In this document: positions 22,999 through 34,869 of the stretch, one piece after another | Numbering within the stretch: position 1 is the first letter of the stretch | Layout: every line of letters starts with the position of its first letter | Made by a program: the position numbers and the translations under genes | Assembly (NCBI RefSeq): GCF_006345805.1 | Contig: NW_021831673.1 | Coordinates: 1 to 37,485 of the forward strand | DNA: 37,485 nucleotides | Reading direction: 5' to 3' | Origin: Octopus sinensis | Taxonomy: Eukaryota | Notes under the pieces: generated by a model | The model's input: only the letters and a program-made list of their open reading frames with translations | Databases searched by the model: none | What the model was told of the DNA's origin: nothing

Positions 22999-23252
22999 TA
23001 TTGTATTAAAGATCGTGGGTAAGGCCAAAAGATTACGAAGTAAATGCAAGGTAAATCACAAGAAAACAAATATTTGAATAAATGTAGACTTACCTTGTAT
23101 TCAATATTCGTCAATTTTTTGAAAATGGGGTGATAACCCCGAAATATTGAATACAAGGTAAGTCTAGATTAATTCACATATTTGTTTTCTTGTGATTTAC
23201 CTTGCATTTACTTCGCATTCTTTTGGCCTTAACTACAATCTTTAATACAATA
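22999..23252. repeat. Fold-back, 110-bp arms (22999-23108 / 23143-23252), sharing sequence with the outer IR arm
   Basis: Direct reverse-complement match; left arm is a third copy of ~22214-22299. Confidence 0.88.
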
Positions 23253-23556
23253 ATCCTGCAACGAGAGACTAGTGTCTGAGTCTTAGCTCGTCATCAGTCT
23301 TGAGTAGCATGGCCTGCTAGTTGGAGATGTCTATCTAGCCCTTGTAAACATATAAGAATTCTGGGGGTGCTTATCTCCCCCTTGTAAACAGAAGCACACA
23401 GGGAATATGTTAAGGCCGACAGGAAGCGTTGCTGCTTTCTAGGGCTAAATAGCAGTTGTGTGATTCCCTTCATGGGACTGTCACATTAAGTTGACAGTAT
23501 ACAACTACTCTATCGTACCACTACTGCTTATATCTCTCTGAGATATTTAGAATGTA

Positions 23557-23639
<83 letters not shown>

Positions 23640-23642
<3 letters not shown>

Positions 23643-24018
23643 CAACAGGTCTCTAGCCTGATCCATTAAAAGAGCTTTTTATGAGCACTGTTGGATTTGT
23701 TAAATCCATATATTGTTTATTAAAACATATGTATACACACACACACACACATATATATATACACATATCTGTATGTATGTATGTATGTATGTATGTATGT
23801 ATGTATGTATGTATGTATATAAATGTATATATATATATATATGTATATATATAATATTATATATATATAATATGTGTGTGTGTGTGTGTGTTGTGTGTGT
23901 GTGTGTGGTGTGTGTGTTGTTGTATACATATGTTTTAATAAACAATATATGGAATTAACAAATCCAACGGTGCTCATAAAAAGCTCATTTAATGGATCAA
24001 GCTAGAGACTTGTTGGTA
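23640..24018. repeat. Fold-back, 98-bp arms around a pure microsatellite spacer
   Basis: 23640-23737 versus 23921-24018 with ~5 mismatches; spacer is (AC)n-(TATG)n-(TA)n-(TG)n. Confidence 0.9.
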
Positions 24019-24192
24019 TACCAAAACAATACAAAGGGACGTAATGTCTCGTCCGATGCAGTTATGATGCAATAAATCCAATCGCTTTGATACTCTGTCG
24101 ATTGGTGAAATAGATTTGTTCATCTTATGCCTCCTCTTTTGCTTTCCATTTATATGCATATGTATATGTGTTTGTGTATGCATATGCACACA

Positions 24193-24246
<54 letters not shown>

Positions 24247-24369
24247 CACGTATAATATATTTCAAATTTTGTTAAGTGCTAAAATTCTTGATCTGACTAA
24301 AGTCAGTTACTTAAATTTACAGCTGATGAAATATGTATCTGTCTGCTTGCCTGCTTATTTGTTTGTTTA

Positions 24370-24427
24370 TCTATCTGTTTATCTATCTGTCTGTCTGTCT
24401 GTCTATCTGTCTGTCTTCTGGTGTCTA

Positions 24428-24478
<51 letters not shown>

Positions 24479-24482
24479 ATCC

Positions 24483-24531
<49 letters not shown>

Positions 24532-24535
24532 CCTA

Positions 24536-24577
<42 letters not shown>

Positions 24578-24611
24578 CGTCCATCCGTCTGTCTGTCTAT
24601 CTGTCTATCTG

Positions 24612-24701
<90 letters not shown>

Positions 24702-24740
24702 CGTCCATCCGTCTGTCTGTCTATCTGTTTGTCTGTCTGT
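24370..24740. repeat. Compound (TCTG)n/(TCTA)n/(TCCG) microsatellite with a duplicated higher-order block
   Basis: Pattern (TCTA)n-(TCTG)n-TCCGTCCGTCCATCCGTCTG occurs twice (~24480-24610 and ~24610-24730). Confidence 0.85.
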
Positions 24741-25499
24741 CCAAATACAGAAAACATACATATGTACGCAAGAAAATGCGTGACGTTAGTCGAGCGTTAG
24801 TTGACATCACGGTCTTTTAGATCGCGGTTTCAATTTTTCAGCTTCCCTGCGTATTACGTTTTCTCCTCAGCGAAACACTTCTGTTTACGCTGAACAAACA
24901 TTCCCACCAATTGTTCACCTCGGTATTCCACTTCGACATTTATGTTACAGTGAAACAATGTTGTCGTTTTTTCTGCTTGTGGGTGCGTATGAAGCTAACA
25001 GCAATCAATGGATGAATATAGTACATGTTAAATCGTTTAGGTTCAGTAAGTGCTTCGGATTCAGTTAACTGATTCTGAATGAGCTAGGTCGCATGAAGCG
25101 AACTTTTAAATAACAATATGAATAACTCCAACGAAATGTGTCGAGAGTCTGCTTTTATTCTATCACTCATTTATGCTTCATCATGTTGAACTTTTAATCT
25201 CTACACATTTTTTCTCTCTCCCTTTTTTTTCTTCTTTCGTTCTCTCTCCATTTTCCCCTTTTCAACGCTTACATACATACAAAAATGCCCTATTGATGTT
25301 GTTGAAATTCCAATGAAAGAGCCTTGAATCTAGGTTAGAAACCGACTCTTTCTCAATTTACAAGAAATCTTGAAATAACACTGAATAATGACATACATAT
25401 ATGCGAAGATATATATGTAAGACGTTCCAAAAATTCTCCATCCGAGAGGCATACACAATCTAATTACAAACACCCGGAACTCTTATTCCTTCACCCGGC

Positions 25500-25718
25500 A
25501 CTGCATCCTTCAAAACTTCCATGCTTTCTGAGATTCGCCAACACTACACCTGATTTTCTCCCCTCCATACACACACAGGCATATATCTGATTCATACATT
25601 GTTCGCTTTCCAGACATTTTTACATTACTGCATGTACTTTATACGCACTTTCTGACAAGTTGTGGTGAACCTGAGCACTGTATACAATAATTTCATTATT
25701 ATTATTATATTATTATTA
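25500..25718 (+). mobile_element. 3' end of a LINE (CR1/L2-like, tentative) with (ATT)n tail
   Basis: Reads TASFKTSMLSEIRQHYT*, then a ~140-nt 3' UTR ending in CATTATTATT. Confidence 0.4.
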
Positions 25719-25902
25719 TTTTGTATTCTTTAAATTTGAACTGTGTGTGTGTGTGTATGAGTGCTTAGAGGGATATATTATCCGGGCGGATATCGTAGTA
25801 GATCTTAGTATGACTACTAGTTGTCACTCACATTGTAAATTCCTCCGATGGGTAATTCCGTGTTCGTTTCACACGATGGTAATATTAACTGGAGCGCATA
25901 TT

Positions 25903-26044
25903 AGCAATACTTATAACGATAAAGAATATGAAGACTGCTACGTCCTCAAATTTTATTTCCTTTTAGTTCCCAATGTCATACAAGAAGGAAATAAATTTTG
26001 AGGATGTACCAGTCTCCGTATTCTTTATCGTTATAATTATTGCT
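25903..26044. repeat. Fold-back, 60-bp arms, 22-nt spacer
   Basis: 25903-25962 versus 25985-26044 imperfect reverse complement; abuts the Helitron 3' end. Confidence 0.8.
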
Positions 26045-26046
26045 TA

Positions 26047-26562
26047 CTAGCAGCATAGCCCGGCGCTGCCCGGGTATGTAAGAGCCCCTAATAGGCAACG
26101 ACAAATCCCAATCGAGCTGTGAATTTAAAAAAAAATCCTGCCAATTTGTGAAAGATATTGTCGAAAATATGTCATCTTGAATTTGAACGCGATTTCCCAA
26201 AATGGCATGATTTTATCGATTTTTTCTGATGGTAAGGTATTGCATGGAAAACTAAAGTTTCTTAGGGTAACATTAAGCTTCACCATGAGTTTGGTGAAAA
26301 TCGATTGCAAGTTGCGAAAACTATAACAGAAAATGTGTTGCACATAAAAAGCTTAGATTCTCGACCCCATGTCGAATTTATCGATTGTTTTCAGAACTGG
26401 GGAAACTTTTCAAAATTTTCGCTGCGTTAGTTTTGAATTATGACATTGGGCTATGTGTGTGTCAAGTTTCATCAGAATCAGTTGAAAGCCGTGGTCACGG
26501 TGAGGGTACAACCTGACAGACACACAGACACACAAACAGACAAACTGCCGTTTATATAGAGA
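26047..26562 (-). mobile_element. Non-autonomous Helitron
   Basis: Minus-strand 3' end CCCGG-gcagcg-CCGGG hairpin, ~8 nt, CTAG then T; 5' end TCTCTATATAAACGGCAGTTTGTCTG. Confidence 0.7.
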
Positions 26563-27219
26563 GTATATATATATGCACATATGTACACACACACACACAC
26601 ACACATTTATATATCAAATAATGAACCCAAAAAGGAAAAAAATTCAACTGTCACTAATTGTGACTATATTGCTAGAAATAAGACCTAAATGCCCTTACAG
26701 CTGCATGAAAGCGCATTTTCATCTACCGTCAGGGGAGATAATCGCCCCATAAGTGAAGCCAGATCACTAGACTGGACTAGTTTCGTTTCAAAAATTACAA
26801 GCTCATCAGTGGTGACTACTCCATCGCCGTATGGTTTGGCCAAATCCAGACTGTCAACATATATATTTACATTGCGAATTTATGGCTGATGTATGTGTGT
26901 GTGTGTGTGTGTGTATGTGCATGTGCGTGTGTGTGTGTGTGTGTGTATGAGTGAACTGGAACAGGAAAGCTGCTTATAAATGATCTGTCACAACAGAGTA
27001 CAAATATAAAAATACGAAAATCTATCTATCTATATTTTACGCTCTCTCGGAGTTTATAAATTCTTATGACGTTAACAACTACATACATACATACATACAT
27101 ACATAATACATACATACATACATACATACTACATACACACACACACACACATATATATATACTTATATATATATCTATATATATACAAATATATTTCACC
27201 ATATATAAATATATATACA

Positions 27220-27267
<48 letters not shown>

Positions 27268-27534
27268 ATAAAAATCTTGACCCTCCGCTTGCGGGAGCAA
27301 CTGTCTTATCGAAAGCGTATATTGTTGTTAAATGCTCGAAATGCGAGAGTAGAAAAACAGCCAGCAACTGATGAAAGCTCGCTCTTATGTTATTTGTCTT
27401 GTTTTCCATTTGTGTCTTTCGTTGTTCGAAAAAATACTTCATATTCCATGTACTCGTACTGCGTATCTTTTTGTTGTACACGCTTCATGACGTCCTGTGC
27501 CCACATATGCATATATATATATATATATATATAC

Positions 27535-27770
27535 GTATATACCCCATTTCATCATATTAAACTGTTAATCCCGACATATTTTTTCCTCTTTCCATTTTTT
27601 CTTACCCTCTCCATTTTTCCCCTCTCATCCCTTTCTGTCGAAGAGCGTAGGCTCGAAACGTCAAAGACTTTTGCATTACTCCTGAGCGTCAAACTAACAT
27701 ACTTGTTTGTTATTCTTTCACCTGTCCTTGTCTTTTGTTTTCTGTACAGTTGAACAACATCTACATACAT
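27535..27770 (+). mobile_element. Short repeat with Penelope-style terminal motif (second copy ~36430-36690, minus)
   Basis: Both copies share CTTTCTGTNGAAGAGCGTAGG(C/G)TCGAAACGT(C/T)AAAGACT and downstream sequence. The Penelope link is inferred. Confidence 0.5.
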
Positions 27771-27798
27771 ACATACATACATACATACATACATACAT

Positions 27799-28211
27799 AG
27801 GCGCAGGAGTGGCTGTGTGGTAAGTAGCTTGCTAACCATCCACATGGTTCTGGGTTCAGTCCCACTGCGTGGCATTTTGGGCAAGTGTCTTCTGCTATAG
27901 CCCCGGGCCGACCAATGCCTTGTGAGTGGATTTGGTAGACGGAAATTGAAAGAAGCCTGTCGTATATTGTATGTATATATATGTATGTGTATGTATATAT
28001 TTGTGTGTCTGTGTTTGTCCCTCTAGCCTTGCTTGACAACCGATGCTGGTGTGTTTACGTCCCCGTCACTTAGCGGTTCGGCAAAAGAGACCGATAGAAT
28101 AAGTACTGGGCTTACAAAGAATAAGTCCCGGGGTCGATTTGCTCGACTAAAGGCGGTGCTCCAGCATGGCCGCAGTCAAATGACTGAAACAAGTAAAAGA
28201 GTAAAAGAGAG
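27799..28211 (+). mobile_element. SINE family A, young full-length copy
   Basis: Near-identical to 8899-9309; preceded by (CATA)n. Confidence 0.9.
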
Positions 28212-29210
28212 TATACATATATGTGTATTGCATGTATATTGCCTGATCGCAAATAGGTTATAGGAAAACGGTACAGCGTTTAGCACTGGACGGGGGAAAA
28301 ACTGAAAAAAAAACTCATAATACAGGAGTTTCTTATCTTGAGAAAATGTATTGTAGTTACCAACTAAACCAAGTTATAAATTATTCAAATAAACTCGATA
28401 TGTGGGCAGTTACACTGATACTTTGAGTGTGAAACTGTTAATGTAACTTAAGAATATAATCTAAAGTACAATTTGCAAATGCTGTTAAAGAGATCAACGA
28501 TTGTACCAAAATTATATGGTATGAAAGTAAACTGTAAAATGCAGGAGATATACTAAAATGTAACGTGATAGTCAAGCCATGTCAGCAATCAAAATGGCTA
28601 TATATCTCTAAGACACCCAGAAACCACACAGACGGCACACACTCGCAAACTTGCCTTTGTATGCATAGTAGGTTTAATTGCATCTAAGCACTCTAGACAG
28701 ACACAGATACACACATAGTAATACACGATAACATGCATATATAGAAGCACTCGTATATAAGTTGAACAGCATGTAAATATACATACATACCTAAGTGTGT
28801 ATGTGTAAAAGTATGTATTTATTATGTATGTGTTTATGTATGTATTTATCTACGTACGTATTTCGCACAGATGTCCACCTAGATAGACTTACCCAGAAAT
28901 ATATTTCTACCCTCACCTGTATAGATGCGTACATAAGTATACACTAAAAACTTATATATGTGTAGGTACCCGTTCAGAAACAGAAATACTTGCTCTTCAC
29001 TGATACAGTCAATCATTCGAATGTATGTATGCATGTATGTATGTATGTATGTATGTATGTATGTATGTATGTATGTATGTATGTATGTATGTATGCATGT
29101 ATGTATGTGTGTATGTATGTTTGTATTTATGTATGTATGTATGTATGTATGTATGTATGTATGTATGTTGTATGTATGTATGTATGTGTGTGTGTGTATG
29201 CATGTATGCA

Positions 29211-29245
<35 letters not shown>

Positions 29246-29252
29246 GTAATTA

Positions 29253-29680
29253 TACGAGGTCTGATCAATAAGTACCCGGACTGTCGCCATAGTAACGAAG
29301 CACACAGAGTGAAGCTACATGGCAAAGATTGACCTTGAACTCCGCTGTGCCTGCGCACTAAATTTTAACGTTCTAGCTCACTTCCGCTGTTTACAGCGGT
29401 GCTTGGAAGGAAGGTGTGTAGCGTGTGATCGTCGCATTAACCATGACAGAGAACGTTATCATGGCAATACCTGCTCAGAGGCGTATGCAAAGTTGCAGAA
29501 AGCGTATGGAGAGGAGTGTATGAGCCGTACACAAGTGTACGAGTGGTTCAGATGTTTCCAAGATGGCCGAAAAATTATCGATATTGACGAATGTTCAAGG
29601 AGACCAGCAACCAGCAGAAATTAAAAAAAAATTCGCAGATCGGCGTGCAGCCGTGAGGGGAACTGTTAGTTATCGGAGGA
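29253..29680 (+). mobile_element. Mariner-like DNA transposon 5' fragment (TIR plus transposase HTH N-terminus)
   Basis: TA-CGAGGTCTGATCAATAAGTACCCGGACT TIR-like start; translation SEAYAKLQKAYGEECMSRTQVYEWFRCFQDGR...DECSRRPATS fits the mariner HTH consensus. Confidence 0.8.
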
Positions 29681-29699
29681 TGTGCAGATTAATTACGCT

Positions 29700-30955
29700 C
29701 AAATGTGGTTGTGATATCTTAATTTTGCAAAGGCTTTGATAAGGTTGATCATGGAATATGCCACAAGCTACGGAGACTCGGCATAGTTGGAAAACCGGGT
29801 GAGTGGTTACATGACTTCTTAAAAAACGGAAACCAGACTGAGGCAGTTAATGGGACTCTTTCCAAGGGGACAGTAATAGCGAGTTGAGTGCCTTAGAGAA
29901 CTGTCTCGGGGCAGCTACTGTTTATGGTGGTTTTTTCGGTCATGCCACCAGTTACTCAAACAGCCACACTTACTAGTTATGCCGACGACACAAAATTAGT
30001 ACAAACAGTCAAGGAACCTTCCGATGCTAATCTTTTACAGAAAGACTTAGAAGCCATATATAAATGGGCTGAAGAAAACAACATGCAATTTAATGCAGGG
30101 AACTTCCAAGCCCTCTGCTATCAGCTAGCTTGTTCACATGCCGCAGCAACGATAGAGACTTTGGACCAAAGGGAACGGCAATTCCAGAGTCAAGTACAGT
30201 ACCTGATTTGGGGAATGATATGAGCAACAACGTCTCGTTTCGCGATGCATATTACCAAGATGGTGGCAATGTGCAGGCGAATGACAAGAAGGATTTGGGG
30301 AACTTTCAGAACAAGGGACCAGGAAATTATGCTGGTTCTATGGAGGACATATGTACTCAGCCGTCTGAATTAACTGCTCTCAACTGTGGTCGCCCCACAG
30401 CGCCAAATTAATAGTAGAACTTGAAGCAGTTCAGTGGTGCTACATCAGGAAGATTGCATCAATGGAACAGCTGAGGTACTGGGAAAGACTGAAAGAACTA
30501 CGATTCTACTCCCGGAACGAAGACGAGATATACATTGATACACGTATGGAAGATCCTGGAGGGGTTAGCACCGAACCTTCGCATCGAGAGCTATACCAGA
30601 TCCCGAACTGGACGTCAGTGCACTGCTCCAAAGGTCCCAAGTATTCTGTTTAAAGTGAGGACCATATACTGCAATAGCTTAGACTTCAAGAGCCAAGAAC
30701 TATCTAATACCTTGCTAAAACATCTTAGGGATCTACATGAAGTAGGGGTAGATGTTTTCAAGAAACAACTCAATTTTCTGCTAGCCAAAGTCCCCAATGA
30801 ACCTGCATCACGCCAAGAAACTCAAAAGAGGGCAGCAATGTCGAATTCGCTCCTTCATTAAAAGCCAATTGCATAAGAATGACACTTGAAAAGGGGATAA
30901 CACTGGCGGTGCTCCAGTATGGCCACAGCTTTTGGGCTGAAACGCACAAAAGAAT
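29700..30955 (+). mobile_element. CR1-like LINE, decayed 5'-truncated copy (RT to 3' end)
   Basis: FAKAFDKVDHG, YADDTKL, LLQKDLEAIYKW...NNMQFN, C-terminal DVFKKQLNFLLAKVP; many stops and frameshifts; 3' tail at 30905-30955. Confidence 0.85.
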
Positions 30956-31280
30956 ATAACAATATGTATGTATATGATGAAATCTGTCGGAGGCGACGTA
31001 TGAGCGTTCATTTTTTACTGAATGACCTGCACAAATATCTTTATAGCGATCAAATGTATGTGCTGTCCATTAATCACTCCCTCCGTCAAACTGACATTGC
31101 CGGAACATGTGTAGAAGTGTGCCACATGTGAGATGTCGAAACGATCGCAGTGCAATGTGAAATGAAGTGTTTTGCTCGAAGATAATGCGCGCTCCCCACG
31201 AACCCACGATCTAGCGAGAGTGAGTGCAATGCTTTAGCCGCTAGACCACATATATACACTCTCTCACACATACGCACATA

Positions 31281-31697
31281 TAAGCGCAGGTTATATGCAG
31301 TTTGTTCCTAACCTCATGGTTCAGGGTTCAGTCTCACTGCGTGGAACCTTGGTCAAGTATCTTCTAATATAGCCTCGCGTCGACCAAAGTCTTGTGAGTG
31401 TATTTGATAGACGGAAACTGAAAGAAGCCCGTCGTATATATGTTTGTATGTATATGTGTGTATGTGCGTGCGTGTGTGTGTGTGTATGTGTGTGTTTGTG
31501 TCTGTCTTTGTCACCCACCACTGCATGACAACCGGTGTTGGTGTGTTTACGTCCCCGTAACTTAATGATTCCGCAAAGAGTCCGATAGATTAAGTACCAG
31601 GCTTAAAAGAAGAAAATAAGTATAGAGGTTGATACATTCGACTAAAAATGCTTCAAGGCGATAGTCCAGCGCGGCCGCGGTCTAATGACTGAAATCA
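31281..31697 (+). mobile_element. SINE family A, diverged
   Basis: Core GACGGAAACTGAAAGAAGCCCGTCG, internal (TG)n, degenerate tail. Confidence 0.75.
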
Positions 31698-31787
<90 letters not shown>

Positions 31788-31799
31788 TTTTTTTAAAAT

Positions 31800-32165
31800 T
31801 TATTTCAGTCATTTGACTGCAGTCATGCTGGAGCACCACCTTTAGTCAAACAAATCGACCCCAGGACTTATTTTTGTAAGCCTAGTACTTATTCTATCGG
31901 TTCTTTTGTCGTACCGCTAAGTGACAGGGGCGTAAACACACCAACATCGGTTGTCAAGAGATGGTGTGGGAACAAACACCGACTCACAAACACACACACA
32001 CACACACACACACAACACACACACACACACATACACACACACACAATAGGCTTCTTTCAGTTTCCGTCCACCAAATCTACTCACAAGCTTATAGCAGAAG
32101 ACACTTACCCAAAGTGGCACGCAGTGGGATTGAATCCGAAACCATGTGGTTTGTAAGCAAGCAAC
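31800..32165 (-). mobile_element. SINE family A with internal deletion
   Basis: Tail and core motifs on the minus strand; segment between core and head shortened. Confidence 0.8.
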
Positions 32166-32834
32166 TTATATATATATTTATTTAATTCACTGGAAAATCG
32201 TTAGAGCATCGGATAAAGAGCCGTGTGACATTTGTTCTGACCAATTTATTCTGATTTCGTCTGCAATGAAATTGTTGCCAAGTTCTATGAGTACTTATCT
32301 TCCCTCGTCAGGTAACATTGGCGGCGTGGAGAAGGGAGCTTGTTCTGTGGGACAATTGGTCTTCGTAAAAAATAGCCTGCACCAAATGAACCATTGCCAT
32401 TTCTAAGCGACAGCGATTTGAGATGTATAAATTTTTTTCCAGACATCTTTCTTCTATAATGCAACATGTTTCGGTTTTTAAAAGAACTCTGCAGAGAAAT
32501 ACGTTTCTTTTTAATTGCCGAAATTGCGTTTTGTAAGAAAAGAAGATAAAAAAAAGACCTCGTATACTTTGTATCTAGCACAGAGTTCATTTGAAATGCA
32601 TCAATGTGTCATATAATAGAGTGGATAAAGAGAAGTCTGGGGGAAAGCTTGTGGATATTTCTAGCGTGTTGAAAGAGACTACGTTGTAGATATCTCGTTG
32701 GGTCGTACATAGAAAGTAAAATGCATATAATGTAAAGTATTAAGTGACGAGACAATTACATGGTTGATTATGTTGCTGGTGTGATTTGCAATAATGGTTT
32801 CAAATTTTGGCACAAGGCCTGCAATTTTAAGGAG

Positions 32835-32975
32835 CGGGTAAGTAAACTGCATTGATCCCAGTCTTCAACTGCTACTTATATTATTAACCCCAAAAAGATG
32901 AAAGGTAAAGTCGACCTCGACGGAATTTGAAGCTAGACCAGAAAGAGACGGAAGAAATGTCGTTAAGCGTTTTAA
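32835..32975 (-). mobile_element. Degenerate SINE family B-related fragment
   Basis: GATGAAAGGTAAAGTCGACCTCGACGGAATTTGAA matches the family B central domain. Confidence 0.6.
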
Positions 32976-33132
32976 GTTCTTGTTAAGAAAGTTCAAACCG
33001 GTCACTGACAAAGCGACAAGACTGTTTGAGTTAAGTGAGTTCCCGGTGTTTGTAACTATGTGGTTGAGTTGGTGCTTTGGTTGAACTGTCGATGCATATA
33101 CCCAAGTGTGTGCATCTATTCATACAAGAATC

Positions 33133-34409
33133 TCAGATGGCGAATTTGGGGAATGTCTTAAAGACCCTCACTATGCCGCTAATTGATTGGATTTGGAGAA
33201 TCCGCGTCATTTTGTTTTGCCCTTCTTCTGTGAAACGGAGTATTTCTTGGCTTTTGTGTAAATTTGTTGGTACATTACCGAATACATTTATAATGACAGA
33301 TACATATGAGAATTCATAGTCAGGGTACAAGAGCTGTAAGTTCCGCATTAATTCGCCTTAAATGTTCCCTTTTTCTTGAACTTTTGATTGTAAATTCCCA
33401 TTTGCTGGGCAGCTGACCTCTACAACCGTGCATGACTTTTGTTCCCTGTCCCACAGAACAATATTACGTCTGTTATATTTGCACCGATTGGTGTTTTTAT
33501 TGGGGGTTTCCATCAACATTTCTTGTTTTTAAACGTGTGAATACCGGCTGGTTCTGAGATGCCTTTGATGTATGCATCAGAGCAGTCCTTCCTCCAGATA
33601 GCATTGTAAATAGTCTGCAATTATACCATGACAAAGACAAGATATAGTTGCAGACCGTGGAGGCGCAATGGCCCAGAGGTTAGGGCAGCGGACTCGCGGT
33701 CATAGGATCGCGGTTTCGATTCCCAGACCGGGCGTTGTGAGTGTTTATTGAGCGGAAACACCTAAAAGCTCCACGAGGCTCCGGCAGGGGATGGTGGTGA
33801 TCCCTGCTGTACTCTTTCACCACAAACTTTCTCTCACTCTTACTTCCTGTTTCTGTTGTACCTGTATTTCAAGGGTCCGGCCTTGTCACTCTCTGTGTCA
33901 CGCTGAATATCCCCGAGAACTACGTTAAGGGTGCACGTGTCTGTGGAGTGCTCAGCCACTTACACGTTAATTTCACGAGCAGGCTGTTCCGTTGATTCGG
34001 ATCAACCGGAACCCTCATTGTCGTAACCGACGGAGTGCTTCCCTTATAGTTGCAGACTGCTAAACCAGTGTGGAAAATATCCACATCATAAGCAGCTGCC
34101 CCAAATGCCTACAAGATACTGTCTGGATGATATTTTCCACACTGGTATAGCAAAGCCAAATTTTCTATCACAACCTATCTCCTGTTCCTGGATAGGGAAG
34201 GCATGTCCTTCTTGGTGGGATGTAATGTATCTATCAGTGGTCCAGGGAAGGTTATTCTTACTGTCAATGATGTTATTGCTTTCTAGCTTACGGGATGTCT
34301 ACCCAAGCATTGCCTTTTGCTGGTACGATGCCTGCTTCTCCCCCAAGCTTTTGTTTAGGCTGACCAGTTCAGCCTTTGTGGGTCGCATAAGACAGTTGCA
34401 TTCTCTGAG
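33133..34409 (-). mobile_element. R4/Dong-like RLE-type LINE 3' fragment, with SINE insertion and micro-inversion
   Basis: Minus-strand translation YQQKAM...TSHQEGHAFPIQEQEIG; then TIYNAIW...NIVLWDREQKSCTVVEVSCP (PD-(D/E)xK-type nuclease) and MRNLQLLYPDY...; HIISSCP zinc-knuckle segment lies on the plus strand. Confidence 0.7.
33656..34044 (+). mobile_element. SINE family C (tRNA head; OR1-like) with 13-bp TSD
   Basis: A-box TGGCCCAGAGGTTAGG, B-box GGTTTCGATTCCC; TSD TATAGTTGCAGAC at 33643-33655 and 34045-34057. Confidence 0.9.
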
Positions 34410-34488
34410 TATGTATGTATGTATGTATGTATGTATGTATGTATGTATGTATGTATGTATGTATGTATGTATGTATGTATGTATGTAT

Positions 34489-34707
34489 GGACATTGTTGT
34501 AGAGCTGAGAGGTAATTTCTACTCTTCTCCTCTGGAAGCCATCTACTCGCAATACCAGAGGGCGCACACTCTCCTACCCTGATGTAATCTCCAGTGATAC
34601 AGGCATCCAGCAACAGCACCTCCGTAATGCTATGATGGACCGTGAAGTCTGGCGTAGCATGGTAAATTCCATTGTCTCGACCACGGTCGAACAATGATGA
34701 TGATGAT
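34489..34707 (+). mobile_element. RTE-like LINE extreme 3' fragment with (TGA)n tail
   Basis: GHCCRAER...LLLWKPSTRNTRGRTLSYPDVISSDTGIQQQHLRNAMMDREVWRSMV; (TGA)n tail; (TATG)n on both sides. Confidence 0.7.
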
Positions 34708-34869
34708 GTATGTATGTATGTATGTATGTATGTATGTATGTATGTATGTATGTATGTATGTATGTACGTATGTATGTATATATATCTGGATATATGTATA
34801 TATGCATATGTGTGTCTATGCATATGTGTTTATATATGTATGTATATGTGCAGATTTGTATGTTTTGTT

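Larger units (their letters stand above)
22011..23456. repeat. Outer inverted repeat, 289-bp arms (22011-22299 / 23168-23456)
   Basis: Arms are reverse complements with scattered substitutions; each carries a hammerhead-like motif and an ATTAAA. Confidence 0.92.

Noticed and set aside
24780-25180. Host exon or regulatory region
   Set aside because: Unique-looking and CpG-containing, but no supportable ORF or motif.
25305-25350. Hammerhead-like CCAATGA...AGAAACCG
   Set aside because: Core deviates at several invariant positions and the stems are unconvincing.
33656-33740. Functional tRNA gene (also other SINE heads)
   Set aside because: A/B boxes are present, but the sequence continues into a SINE body with TSDs and I could not build a full cloverleaf.
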